64,000 nucleotides of DNA from Octopus vulgaris (taxonomy: Eukaryota): assembly GCA_951406725.2 (NCBI GenBank), contig OX597834.1, positions 38,750,001-38,814,000 of the forward strand. Direction: 5' to 3'. Below the pieces are notes generated by a model, which worked only from the letters and a program-made list of their open reading frames with translations, made no database searches and was not told the origin of the DNA. Each line of letters opens with the position of its first letter. The stretch's first letter is position 1. This document shows, one piece after another, positions 31,751-46,663 of this stretch. Position numbers and translations under genes: made by a program.

Positions 31751-33086
31751 CTGCAATTTGTTTGCTAGCACGGGAGAGAACTCCTGATGTCTTCCGCTAT
31801 CATTCTGACCTCATCAGCGAAGCACAAACCTCACCGGAACATACCGAAGTTGTGACGATGTAATCATTAAATTAATATACAAGAATGTCCACTGATTAGC
31901 GCAGAAAACTAGAAGAGATTAAAGAATAAAGCTCTCAGCTTAAATAAATAAATCAACGATGAATAATATATCATCTACAACCCCTCCTTCAACGCCAAGT
32001 AATCCACATGTTTAGAGATATGTGAACACTTCACTGAGTGTATGATGCGGTCCATTCTCTATAAGAAAATATTTCTTAGTATGTTCTGAAACAATTAAGG
32101 TTTTATAGGGTTTTTTCTCTGTAGGGGTTATCAAACTAATTGAGAAATTTATATCAGCAGATAATTTCTTGTGCTTTATAATGGATATGAACTGACATGT
32201 AAATGTGTGTAATTTGAAAGAGAGAAAGAGAAAAGGGAGAGAAATTGAGAAAGAGAAAGGGGAGAGAACGAAAGAGAAACGGGAGAGAGAGAAAGAGAAA
32301 GGGGAGAGAAAGAAAGAGAAAGGGGAAAGGAGAGAGAGAAAGAGAGAGGGGAGAGAAAGAGAGAAAGAGAGAAAGAGAAAGGGGAGAGAAAGAGAGAAAG
32401 AGAAAGGGGAGAGAAAGAGAGAGAGAGAGAGAGAGAATGTGTGTGTGCGTACATATGTGTGACGGTGGTGAAACTGCATGATCTCCAATTAAATCTAAAT
32501 TGTGATCATTCAGCTGTTGGCCCCTAACTGCTCTCCTTAGGGGGCTTTAAAGTCCTTATTTTGGTTCATAGCAACGATAGAAATATCTTCATATATTATT
32601 CAAATTTAACAACAAATTTGCTTTCGAAATCCGATCTCACCATCTACCAACGCTTATACAACCATCACCACGACCGGCATTTTACACTAGCGCAACCATG
32701 TCCCCAAACTATCGCCCTCCATCTCAAACATTAACATCGTAGCCATGACCACCACCACCACCACCATCATATATATTGTCAATTTCACTATCGATACTCC
32801 TAACACCCACTCTCCATGCTCCTTCCATTCGCATCAAAACGAATTCATGATTCTTTAGGATTTAACTTTGTAACTCACACCGTTCGTTCCATCATATCTA
32901 TCTCTACATACCGATGGATGTAATAAAACTATTTAGTCCATTCCTCCTCTCTCTCCCCACGCTCTCCCTCTTTCTCGGTATGTCTGTGTATTATACATCG
33001 TACATACATACATACATACATACATACATACATACATACATACATACATACATACATACATACATACATGCATACATACAAACATA

Positions 33087-33307
33087 CGAGGGGGTTGCTG
33101 AAAAGTTCCTGGTTTTGGGTAAAAGAAAATACAGGAGGATCAATTAATATGATTTTATTCAACATATTCCCCTTCTCAGGTTCACACACTTTTTGCAGCA
33201 GTCCTTCAGTTTTTCTAAGCCCAGTAAAAGAACTCGGAAAGTTGGGTCTCCAACCAGACATTTCGCGACACCCTTAAAGCCAGGATCTTAAAGCCAGCAC
33301 CCTCTTG
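33087..33307. mobile_element. mariner-type MITE
   Basis: TA|CGAGGGGGTTGCTGAAAAGTTCCTGG ... CCAGG..CAGCACCCTCTTG|TA. Confidence 0.7.
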
Positions 33308-33314
33308 TACATAC

Positions 33315-34718
33315 AGAACAAATTTTTTTTTATTTAAAATACTGCAGCTAAGGATAAAATTTGAATATTAAAAATTATTTGATTTTAATTTACAAAATAT
33401 CATTATAATTAAAAAAAGTACCATCATTTTGTTAAAATATTGACACACTAGAATACTTATAAAATGAGAGCCAGAAGTACCAATATAGCTAAAGTTTTAT
33501 GCAAAGTAACATAGTATATATGGTAGGCAAATTCATTGTGTCAAAAATTGGTATTGGGTCAAGACTAAAAGTGTGAAGACTTGGCAGTAACTTAGGTAAT
33601 AACTCAAGCTAATTTTACTGTGAATTTGTTGTTATAGATAGATTTTACTGTAATATATAATTAATTTTTGTATTATTCTATTTATTGTACTAATTGATTA
33701 TGTACTACTATTATTTTATAACCTACTAGCAGTATCGCCCGGCGTTGCTCAGGTTTGTAAGGGAAATAACTATAAAGCATTTTTAGAGAGTTATAGCCAA
33801 AAAATAGAAAAAAAATGATGGTAAATTTTTTTTGAGAGTTAAAACAGGTGGAGTTGCGTCCCCTAGACGGTCTGTGGTTTGGGTTTCTCATTCTCGACCC
33901 CATGTCGAATTTATCGATTTTTTTTCAGAACTGGGGGAACTTTTCAAAATTTTCGCTGCGTTAGTTTTGAATTATGACATTGGGCTATGTGTGTGTCAAG
34001 TTTCATCAGAATCGGTTGAAAGCCGTGGTCAGAGTGAGTGTACGAGAAAACAGACACACAGAAACACGCACAGACAAACTGCCGTTTATATAGAGAGAGA
34101 TAGCAGTATCACCCGGCGTTGCTCAGGTTTGTAAGGGAAATAACTATAAAGCATTTTTAGAGAGTTATAGCCAAAAAATAGCAAAAAAATGGAAAAAAAA
34201 TGATGGTAAATTTTTTTTGAGAGTTAAAACAGGTGGAGTTGCGTCCCCATGACGGTCTGTGGTTTGGGTTTCTCATTCTCGACTCCATGTCGAATTTATC
34301 GATTTTTTTTCAGAACTGGGGGAACTTTTCAAAATTTTCGCTGCGTTAGTTTTGAATTATGACATTGGGCTATGTGTGTGTCAAGTTTCATCAGAATCGG
34401 TTGAAAGCCGTGGTCAGGGTGAGGGTACGAGAAAACAGACACACAGAAACACGCACAGACAAACTGCCGTTTATATAGAGAGAGATTTTCAAATTTCTAA
34501 TTATTTGTTAATAATTTAAAAAATAATTTTTTTAAAGTGCACAAATATTTTGAGTTATTTTTAATTTTTAATTGAAGTGACAACTAATAACAAATAGAAG
34601 TAATAATTTGTACAAAAATTTTTAGTTTTAATTAAAGCTAATATTTTCTAAATCTAAATATTTTATTTGAAATTTTATCCTCAGCTGCAATATTTTAAGT
34701 AAAAAATTTCTTCTTCTG
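33315..34718. mobile_element. AT-rich non-autonomous TIR element hosting the tandem Helitron
   Basis: ~80-bp imperfect inverted ends (TA|CAGAA..AAATACTGCAGCTAAGGATAAAATTT versus AAATTTTATCCTCAGCTGCAATATTTT..TTCTG|TA). Confidence 0.7.
33726..34485 (-). mobile_element. Non-autonomous Helitron, head-to-tail dimer (~375 + ~385 bp)
   Basis: Minus strand A|TC start, 3' GAGCAACGCCGGGCGATACTGCTAG|T end; junction at 34100/34101. Confidence 0.9.
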
Positions 34719-34831
34719 TACTTTACCAGATGTAAATAAGTTGTCTTGGACTGTTCCAAGTAAAATAACTTGTGGTGTGCTTTTCCATGTTTATAATCTT
34801 AAGAATATTTCTCATGCTCGCATTTTCCCAT

Positions 34832-34901
<70 letters not shown>

Positions 34902-35627
34902 TATAATACATATATATAAACTGTCAAAACATTTATAAACTATAAAATCCATGAAAATATATAGAAGGGTATATAAAGGTATAAAATATAAAAATATAAA
35001 TTATTAAAAAAATTATAAGATATACGAATTATTTTTTTTAATTTTTATACAAACGTGTAAAAAGATGATATAAAATGGTATAAAAACGATATAAAGAAGG
35101 ATGTAAGATGAAATGAGATAAAATTATTTTTTTATAATGGTATTGGTAAATAGAAAAAAGTTATAACCAGCATGTTATTATTAATAGAAGATAAAATAAA
35201 ATATAAATATACCAAGTTTTAATAGAGACAAAATTACCTTTGGAAATGGGTTTATAAGATGTATCTAAAGTACATCAAAGAAAATGATTGAGGTAGAATA
35301 GTAACAAATATAATAAAACCATAAGTAACGTATTTTATTCACCTACTCTAAAATTTGCATTTGGGAAATATTATATCAAGTATTTTTTAGCATTTTTATA
35401 TAAAGCACGTCTGAACAACCAAGAGCGGATCTCTTCACTTAGTTGGGTCATGTTATCTGCAAACACTGCAAGGATATCAAGTGCAAACTCTTCTGAAACA
35501 CAGTCTGATATTCACCTGATATTGTTTGGGTTTGCTAATTAGCTCCACCTAACCAGGTGCCTCAATTTAAGTACCTAATTCAACTGAATCTTAATTACAT
35601 ATATATATATATATATGTTTTTTAGTA

Positions 35628-35826
35628 TGTGACCTCGTCTGTATCACTAGCGATATTTTTCCTCTGTCTTCCCTTTCGGGATCTTTCCTTCTCCTATGTT
35701 TCCGACGAAGAGCTCGGCTCGAAACGTCAAAAAAATCTTCTTCCCTTCTTTCCTGAGCGTCCAATAATACTTTATTTGTTCCACGTCCGTGCGTTGTTGT
35801 CTTTTTTGTTTTCTTGTTTGGATTAA

Positions 35827-35830
<4 letters not shown>
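35628..35830 (+). mobile_element. Penelope-like terminal-repeat element family B with minimal hammerhead
   Basis: TTT-CCGACGA-A-GAGC-tcg-GCTC-GAAA-CG-TC-AAA at 35699-35731; (TA)n on both sides; paralogue at 46402-46598. Confidence 0.7.
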
Positions 35831-35885
<55 letters not shown>

Positions 35886-35933
35886 ATATATATACCTGTC
35901 TTCAGCTTTTGTTTTTTTCGTAAACTCTCCCTA

Positions 35934-35997
<64 letters not shown>

Positions 35998-36000
<3 letters not shown>

Positions 36001-36198
36001 AGAGTTTACGAAAAAAACAAAAGTGAAGCAGGTGGTGTGAAAACAAACATATGTATTAGTATAACGCTCAGGAATAGAAAAAAGTATTTTACGTTTCGAG
36101 CCTACGCTCTTCTACAGAAAGGGAGACTGAAAAAACAAGGAGAGAAGCAAGGAGAGAAAAAAATGTGTGTAGTGGCTAACGATCTATCATGGCGACAT
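35998..36198 (-). mobile_element. Family A element; inverted 3' fragment at 35895-35931 across the TA tract
   Basis: Near-identical to 17953-18113; hammerhead-like core at ~36086-36121. Confidence 0.7.
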
Positions 36199-36203
36199 GT
36201 GTC

Positions 36204-36263
<60 letters not shown>

Positions 36264-36398
36264 GATATATGCACACCTATATATGTATGCATATATATAT
36301 ATTGCATGCATGTATGTATATATTTATATTCATATATGTATATATATATATCTGTATATATGTATGCATGTGTATATTTATGTATGTATATAACTGTT

Positions 36399-36507
<109 letters not shown>

Positions 36508-37011
36508 TCACTCATACATATATAACCACGGAGTCATAATGTAGTTATCATTGTGCTGGTGAAAAGAGGTATAAAAATTCAATTTGAAAGCGGATCAGTT
36601 GTAAGTTATTTTGGAAAAAGTCGGTTAGTGAGAGAGGTTAGATGTTTAACTGTCTGAAAGAACAACAGACAGACAGATCAATAGCGACTCTGAATCATTG
36701 GTAATTCCATACCATATTGATTACACATACGCACACACACACACACATTATATACATATATATATATAAGCAGATGTGTATATGTAAATATATATATATA
36801 TATATATATACATATTTATATAGGGAGAGAGAGAGATTTATAGGTGTGTGGGTGAAGGTTTTGGGGGTGGGTACCTCAGATATATTCAGATGTGTACACA
36901 AATAACTACAGCCGAGGCACTCAATCATAACGTGTTCAGCAACACACGTATACACATACTCATTTTACATGCATACACACACACACACACACACACATAT
37001 TTAGTTACACT

Positions 37012-37048
<37 letters not shown>

Positions 37049-37641
37049 AATATATATATATATGTGTGTGTGATATTTATTTATATGTTAGATATGTATT
37101 TGAGTGTATGTACGTAATCTTTTATATATACATGCATATTTACACACACACACACGCTCAGACGCATGTAGGTATATATGTGTATTGTGAATGAGTGTTT
37201 GGGTATATGTATGTACCTGTATATATGTATGAATCTGTGTATGTGTGTATATGTGTACGAATATACATATATAGATAGATAGATTGATATATGCACATAT
37301 ATATATATACATATTTATATATATATATATATGTATGTATGTATACGCATACATACACACACATATATATGTATATACATATATACATATATACATACAC
37401 ACACACATATATATATATGTAATTGACCTTGTATGTGTTAATGTATATCTGTATGTTAAATTGATTGCTTCTGTCTCTCTCTCTCTCTATTTCTCTCTCT
37501 CACCCACACACACACACACTTACACACACACACACACTTACACACACACAGACTTACACACACACACACACTCTTACACACACGCACATACTTACACACA
37601 CACTTACACACACACACACACACTTACACACACGCACACAC

Positions 37642-37699
<58 letters not shown>

Positions 37700-38055
37700 A
37701 GATAAACACTCACGCGTACACACACACATTAGTCACACATACTAGGTGCATAGCCTGGGTGCGCTTGGAGAAGAACACACCCCGACCAAAGATGGTCAAT
37801 TTTGTTAATAATAATTCTGTTCTTGCCTTAATACCCTGATATAAACTGGTCGTAATTTGTTTTCAAATCTAATAATAGACACAGTGAAACAAAGATTGAG
37901 TCAGCTTGCAGTCGTATTGTGTATGGAAATAGCCGAAGGTTTCAATGTTTATAGTCATAGCAGACACGTAGGTTCAGCATGGTAACACACCCAGTGTCAA
38001 CTTGTGTGTGTGTGTGTGTCTGGATATAACACACACACACACATATATATATACG

Positions 38056-38103
<48 letters not shown>

Positions 38104-38138
38104 CATATATATATATGGATATACATAGATACATACAT

Positions 38139-38195
<57 letters not shown>

Positions 38196-38202
38196 TATGG
38201 AT

Positions 38203-38235
<33 letters not shown>

Positions 38236-38432
38236 CACAAATATATGGATATACATACATATATATATATACACATATATATGGATATACATACATATAT
38301 ATATATATATATATACATACATATATCACACACACACATATATATATACATATATATACATATATATACATATATATACATATATATACATATATATATG
38401 GATATACATATATATATCACACACATATATAT

Positions 38433-38468
<36 letters not shown>

Positions 38469-38722
38469 GTTTATACATACATATGTGTGCGTCCGCGAAT
38501 ACATTTGAATAAGATATAATAACCTATATTATAATATATTATATATAAGAAATGTGTATGTATGAGTAAATGGATATATAGATATATTTAACACACATAC
38601 ACACGCACAAAGAGATTTATAAATTTGTGTGTGCACATATACATATATTCGTACATATATACATATATGTGTCTCTGTATGTGTATTTATATGTATATAT
38701 ATACATATACATATATATATAC

Positions 38723-38816
<94 letters not shown>

Positions 38817-38938
38817 CGTATAACGTATAGTATGATATAATATATATATATAATATATCACATATATATACTGGGAGAGAAAACGAAAGAGACCATAGGG
38901 AGAGATATCTAAGCATATGTATGCAAGTATAATTCCAT

Positions 38939-39013
<75 letters not shown>

Positions 39014-39169
39014 CGTGAGTCTGTCTTTATAGTGTATTACATAAACGGTCTGAAAGTATTGTCGTAAAGTCTACATCGACGCCATAATATTTCCAACGAA
39101 AAGAAAATCAAGGAACAAAATTCAATAAGAAATATTATATTTTTATCTATTTATTCTATTTTCTCTCAG

Positions 39170-39270
39170 AATCGTTTGACTCGTTGCCAAAATTACAGGA
39201 CAAAGGGAAATGGTTCTTTTGCTTTAATGATGAAGCGAAGAAATGGTACGGCTTGGTCAAGTGTGTAAAG
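39170..39270 (+). CDS. Candidate internal coding exon (phase 1 to 0): SFDSLPKLQDKGKWFFCFNDEAKKWYGLVKCVK; product unknown
   Basis: Long polypyrimidine tract plus CAG acceptor, open frame, AAG|GTTTGC donor, then a 62-nt intron with a strong acceptor; no homologue recognised. Confidence 0.4.
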
Positions 39271-39332
39271 GTTTGCATAACTGTCATGTCTGAACACAGA
39301 CATAAATTCGGTTTTTTTTCTTTTCTTTTCAG

Positions 39333-39356
39333 ATAAGCTGTAAGAAGACTACATGA
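39333..39356 (+). CDS. Candidate terminal coding exon: ISCKKTT*
   Basis: TTTTTTTTCTTTTCTTTTCAG acceptor; in frame with 39170-39270; TGATAA double stop. Confidence 0.35.
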   Translation: MSCKKTT

Positions 39357-39659
39357 TAATTTACAATTTAGTGATGTTCAAGTATTTCTGAAAAAAATGG
39401 AAAAAAAGAAGGAAAAAAAATGGAAAGAAAGGGGGATGGTGGGTAGTAGGGATGTAATTGATGTAAGTTCCAGAAGTGCGAATATTTCACTAGATTTTTT
39501 TCTTGAACATGATAAATGTAAATTGAAGATGTGTGTGTATGTGTATGTGTACGTATGTATATATGTATGTGGTTACGTAAGTATACGTATGTATATGTGT
39601 ATATGTATATGTATTTATCTGTATATATATATATATGTGTGTGTATGCATGCCTACGTA

Positions 39660-39752
<93 letters not shown>

Positions 39753-40407
39753 ATATAGATTTGTGTATATACATATATATACATACATGCATACGTACAC
39801 ACATACATGCATACATATATGCATACATACACACATATATATATTCATTTGTAAATAAAAATTACTACTATTGAATATATGTATGTTTTATGTAAAGTGA
39901 ATTTCCTTCCCATAACTTCAGTTTCACGCCACATCGATCGTCAGGTGAGAATTACTCGATCGCTCTAAAGTGGAACACGAGACGCGAGAAAGAAAATAAG
40001 CTCAAAGGAATTTTATGTGTCTGTATGAAAGTATGTACGAATGTTTGCATGTATGTTTGTATGTATGTATATATTACAAAAATCTTCAAAACATTATGAC
40101 AAATCAAATCAATATTTTTCTAATAGCTAAGCATGACAATATTTCACCTAATTACACACACACACTCGCACACATCCGTATTACTACAAACTTTGCCCCT
40201 GATGTACATAAACAATAACACTACAGCTTTACACTAAACAAGTACGATAAAAATTATCTAAGAGTTCTCTAACGTTCAACCAAAATAACCCCAAATGAAT
40301 TTTTAATGTATACACATAGACACTCACATAAATATACACACATACGTACATATACACATGTATAAGGATGTTGGAAGATTAACTTGGCTTAGAAATGTGT
40401 GTCTATG

Positions 40408-40464
<57 letters not shown>

Positions 40465-40531
40465 TATATATATATATATGTATGTATATATATACACATA
40501 TATACATATACATATATTATGTATGTATATA

Positions 40532-40591
<60 letters not shown>

Positions 40592-40592
40592 C

Positions 40593-40699
<107 letters not shown>

Positions 40700-40952
40700 T
40701 ACATATATAAGCAAAATAGCTAGTTGTAAATAAGTAGATATCAGAGTAGTAACTATACTAACAAGTAAACTTAGTCGCCACATCAAAGTGGCTGTTCCAT
40801 GTTATTACTGCTACTTTTATCCCACGCAGATCTTCCGCCACCACGTTATCGGTGCGGCGCTGCACCCTGTATATACATATACATTGCTAGCAGGAGAACC
40901 GAACCCCTACCATCCTCTACCAGACAACAGGATCGCAAGACTGATATGTGTG

Positions 40953-41028
<76 letters not shown>

Positions 41029-41092
41029 TGTGTGTGTAAACAAGCTTCTGTTTTGTTTTTAAAAGTATCGAATGTGTATCGTATTGTCACCG

Positions 41093-41180
41093 TACTGGTT
41101 AGCTCAATGGTAGAGTACTCAGCCGGTATTCAAGGGGTGCCGGTTCGAGCTTCCTGGCTGTTTGCTAACAACTTTTTTTC
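41093..41180 (+). pseudogene. tRNA-like pseudogene or isolated SINE head
   Basis: A box TAGCTCAATGGTAGAG, B box GGTTCGAGC, downstream T7; acceptor and anticodon stems do not pair well. Confidence 0.55.
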
Positions 41181-42321
41181 CCCATCTTATAAAGGTAATA
41201 ATACCCAATCTTTTTGCTGTTTTCACGGTTATACTGCGTTCGAAATGTTACCTTCTTGTCTGTACAATATATATTTACCTGCACACATTTTTATAGTCAC
41301 TCGCAGTTTGAGTATATTCAATGTTCCAAAATAATATATTAAAAATCTCATTACTTGTAATACCCACGCTTGAAACCGAATGGAAGCAATATTTATAAAA
41401 AAACATCGTCCAAAAACTTTACCACCCCAATTCACCAAAGTCAGGTGTTCTAAATAGTAATCCAAGAACCTCAAGGACAATTAATTAATAAATCTGCTGA
41501 TCGACTAATCTTTCAGCCTACCTACATCCTTTTGTGAACCTTAAACAACAAGAAAGTTTCTATACTAAAAGCGCCATGATCTAAATCTGACACGCCTAAA
41601 TAAACACCGCTAATCATAAGCATAAACGTTTACATGCCTTACTGAACTCTGAACAATAGTCTCCGCCTTCCCAAGCAAACAGGATAACCTAAATATCACC
41701 AACAGCAAGTAAACAATTCTACTGACCAACTAACCGCTTCACCTACTTATATTTTTTTAGTGAAAGTAGAACTCGAGACTCTTGGAAGAAAATAAGCTCA
41801 AAGGAATTTTATGTGTCTGTATGAAAGCATGTACGAATGCTTGCATATATGTTCCTCTGAATGTATATATTATGATCCAAGGGTGACACACCTAATTACA
41901 AATTTTATATGCTGGATAGAACTCTGAACTATAAACTTTCGCATTCCTAATATGAACAAAATCAACACCAACTATACGTACTTACACATCTGCTGACCGA
42001 CTAAAATTTTCACTTATCTTCATTCTTTTGCGAACCACTAGAAAATCAAGCTCACTACCTGAAAGTGATACACCTAAATAGACACACTTGATGACGAAGT
42101 TGTACATGCAGGACTAAATTCTGAACTATGGTGCAACTCTATATTTAATCAATAAAAAATCATCCATAATATCTTTCTATCGGAAACTCTACTACAAACT
42201 AATTTTCACTCAACAGAGCCACGCTGCCTCAGAAAAATGAAACTCACCAAACAAGATCATCTCAATAGTGCCACAGTCCGATGAAGACTAAACAGGCCCA
42301 GACTTTGAAGTCACTGTTAAC

Positions 42322-43117
42322 ACCATACTGAATATACTCAAACATTCACTTATCCAAGCGTGTGGGATCATATCATAGACTTTCCTATAATCTATCCATG
42401 CTATTGTTAGATTTTTCTTTCTAGTTTTTACTTCATTTAGAACTGCTTTGTCTATGTATAATAGATCATGCGTTCCTCTAGCTTTCTCCCTGTTCTGACA
42501 GCAAATTCTGGTTGTCAAGGTGCTCGTAAATGCTTTCTGAAAGCATTCCTGTCAACAGCTTCCACGTGATTGGTCTATAGTTGCTAGCTGTATTGCCTTT
42601 GCTCTTATCTTTCATGATGAGTATTGTCCGCCCTCTAGTCATCCAATCTGGTATTATTCCTCCATTAAGGCAATCCTGCAGTTGTCCCCTCAGCCTCCCA
42701 TGTAAACTACTGAATTTCTTTAACCAGTACCCTTGAACTAAATCTGGTCCTGGGCCCCTCCAATTAGGTATTTTACCTAATACTTTACTCATTAACGTAC
42801 TAGTTAAATGTTAGCTCCAGCTGCTTCTTACTATTTCTTCCCTCACTTTCTTTAACCATACTACATCTCCATTATGATTGATTGGTTTATACCAAACATT
42901 ACTCCAGAACTTTCTAGCTTCTCCTGCTTTAGGTTTCTCATCATCAGTACTTTGTTCTCCACTATTTATTTAGTAATAAAATCTCCTCTGGTCCGTCTCA
43001 TATAATCTATTCTGTTGATACTGATCTGTTCTTTTCTGATATCTGGAGAGCATGCCTCCTACTACTGTGATACGCTGTCTCATATCCTTTACTGTCCCAT
43101 ATCCTTTCTCCTTGACA
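42322..43117 (-). pseudogene. R4/Dong-like non-LTR retrotransposon RT fragment (frameshifted)
   Basis: QQNRLYETDQRRFY; GPDLVQGYWLKKF..IPDWMTRGRTILIMKD..SNYRPIT; AWIDYRKVYDMIPHAWI. Confidence 0.85.
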
Positions 43118-43138
43118 TTAGTATTATTATTAGTATTA

Positions 43139-43215
<77 letters not shown>

Positions 43216-43808
43216 ATTATTAATGACCGAAACAAGAAAAGGATAAAACATAAAGATGCAAGTATGTATGATTGTATGTATGTGTGTGCGTGTGTGTTCG
43301 TGTGCAGATGACTGTAAAAGTAAGCTATATGCGATACAGATGTGCATGAATGTACTCCTCTGTGTATATATGTGTATGTGTGTGATATGTGCGCGCGCGT
43401 GTGTGTGATGTGTATGTGTGCAGACGAACTTGCAGTAAGGATTCTATAGGGAAAGAGTAGGAAAGATGCCTTCGGTTATTGTAGCAAAGGACAGCTTACA
43501 AACTGAACAAAATACAATATATTCACATAGATTGTTCTATCAAAGACAGCTTCTCAAATGCTATCGCTGTAATCTTGCCAGAAGAAAGTTCAAAAGCTAA
43601 TAAGATTTCTACGTGTGATACTTGGTTTTGTGTGCGCGTGCGTGCGTGTCAGTCTATGTTTGTGTGTGCGTGTGCGTGTGTGGAGGGTGACTTCCCGGGT
43701 GTATGTTTGTATGTGTCTGAGTGTATCTATCTCGATTGTTCGACTGTACTATGCATAAACATGTGTGTGTTTCGGCGCCATTATTTTCCTTCTTATTGTA
43801 TATATATG

Positions 43809-43864
<56 letters not shown>

Positions 43865-44398
43865 TGTGTCTGTGTGTGTGTGTGTCTCTGTGTGTGTGTA
43901 TGTGTGTGTACGTCTGTGTGTGTGTTTGTGTGTGTGTGTTTGTGTGTGTGTGTAAGTGTGGTTTTTACATACACGCGCACACACACACGCACACACACGA
44001 ACACACATATATACTCATACAAATATATAAATATATATGTATTTGTGTAAAGTAATTTATATTTAATGAACAAACATATTTAGTCTCGCTATGAATATAT
44101 ATACATACGGATATCTCCATCTATGTATGTGACACTATGTATGTGCGCGCGTATGAGCGTGCGTGTGTGTGTCTGTGTGTGTGTGTGCATGTGTGTGTGT
44201 GTGTGTGTGCATGTGTGTGTGTATAAGTGTATGAGCAAATATATAAGTTAACCATACACGACGCTTGCAATATAAACATACATAGTTTAAGAGATGATAT
44301 ATTTAGATACGTGCGTAAAACCTCATATAGAAAACATATACACACACTACACACACATATATATATATATATATGCATATATATATATACATACATAC

Positions 44399-44457
<59 letters not shown>

Positions 44458-44789
44458 CACATATATAAATGTATACATACATACAGACAGACCCGCATAT
44501 ATACACATATATATATAATTCCCATCAGAACATTATTATTTGTCTTGTTCCTTGGTTTTTGTTTACTCCACATGTTTACTGGAAAACCTAGCTATGTTGT
44601 TTACATATTAATCTAGCTTTCATCTATTTCTTTTCCTTTTTTTTTTTATTCCTGCTGCAATCTCTTTCATCTTTTGTCTGCGACATTTAAACAACAATTC
44701 CGACATATTGCGAGGTTGTTGATAAAATCTTTCACTGGGTCCTATTTTGGCTCTACACAAACGAAAGAAGAAACAAAAATACAATACCG

Positions 44790-44908
<119 letters not shown>

Positions 44909-45000
44909 TTTATATATATGTATATATTTAATGCGTGTATATATATGTATGCATGCATATATATATGCACATGAATGCATATGTGTATGTATATATGTAT

Positions 45001-45052
<52 letters not shown>

Positions 45053-45294
45053 CTCATGTATATATATTATATAATATATATATACATATATACATATATT
45101 GATATACATATATACAATATTTATAACTATATGCTTAAATGCACGTATACATACTTACATTAATTCATATACATTTATATGTGCATAGATATCATATATA
45201 TATAGAGATAGATATCATATATATATATCATATACTATAATATATATATATATGTATGTGTATATATATATATCTTTTTTATCTCTTTCTTCCT

Positions 45295-45500
45295 TTTTTT
45301 ACTTCTTCAGTCATTGGACTGCGGCCGTGCTGGGGCACCGCCGTAAAGAATTTTAGTCGAACTGATTGACCCGAGAAACTTTTGTTTTGAAACCCGGTAA
45401 TTATTTTATTGGCATTTCTTGTCGCACCGTTAAGTTAAGGGGGACATAAACCCATCAACGCTGGTTGTCAAGCAATAGTGAAGGAACAAACACTCACACA
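45295..45500 (-). mobile_element. SINE family 1, 3' part
   Basis: Reverse-complement match. Confidence 0.8.
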
Positions 45501-45533
45501 CACAAAAAATATATATATATATGCATATATATG

Positions 45534-45627
<94 letters not shown>

Positions 45628-45651
45628 AGTGAGTGTATGTGTATAGACATA

Positions 45652-45700
<49 letters not shown>

Positions 45701-45705
<5 letters not shown>

Positions 45706-46140
45706 ACAAAATGGGACAGAAACGCAAAACATCGGGACAGTTAGGTGATACAAAAAGGGACAACAAAACATCCAGATAGACGATACAAAGAAAGCAAGGA
45801 CAGGTCATTCAAAGTTTTCTATTTTCAGTCAAGAAACAGATTATCCTTGCAATTTCGGTTGATTATTCTTGAGATTGCTCCAATCTGGCCAGCCCCAAGG
45901 AAAAACTAAGCTAAGAGCGTTAGATTTCTTGGAAGAAAACAGTGAATGTATACAAAAACAAGGGCGGATAAAACGGAAAATGTTACACAAATATAAATAC
46001 AATAAAATAAATACAATGAAAATAATAACAGGTCATAACAACTGCTGTCTTTCGACTAAGGACGAATTGAATTAAGCTGGCGCGTGTGGAAATGAAGCCT
46101 TACGGCAGAGATACAAAAGTTGCACAAACACAGGGAAGAC
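45701..46140. mobile_element. TA-tract-associated repeat family C, longest copy
   Basis: First ~170 bp homologous to 452-596; starts at (TA)n. Confidence 0.65.
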
Positions 46141-46258
46141 ACACACCACACACGCACATATATATGTATATACATATATATAAAGTTAATCCAAACAAGA
46201 AAACAAAAAGACAACAACGCGAGGATGTGGAACAAATAAAGTATTATTGGGCGCTCAG

Positions 46259-46301
<43 letters not shown>

Positions 46302-46401
46302 AATTAAGGATTCTTTTTTAATATGCTAGACCACTGGTTTTAATTGATAAATATTGATTTCTCCCCTTAATTAATTAAATATATATATATATTTTTTAAA
46401 A

Positions 46402-46594
46402 TGTGACCTCGTGAGTACCGTTGGCGATGTTTTTCCTCTGTCTTCCCTTCTCCTATGTTTCCGACGAAGAGCTCCGCTCGAAACGTTAAACCCTCCTTCT
46501 TCCCTTCATTCCTGAGCGTCCAATAATACTATATTTGTTCCACGTCCTCGCGTTGTTGTGTTTTTTTTGTTTTTTTGTGTTTTCTTGTTTGGAT

Positions 46595-46598
<4 letters not shown>
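46402..46598 (+). mobile_element. Family B element with minimal hammerhead; inverted 3' fragment at 46182-46260
   Basis: GTTT-CCGACGA-A-GAGC-tcc-GCTC-GAAA-CG-TT-AAAC at 46457-46491; 3' end joins (TA)n. Confidence 0.7.

Positions 46599-46663
<65 letters not shown>

Noticed and set aside
41093-41165. Functional tRNA gene
   Set aside because: A and B boxes are present but the acceptor, anticodon and T stems pair poorly.
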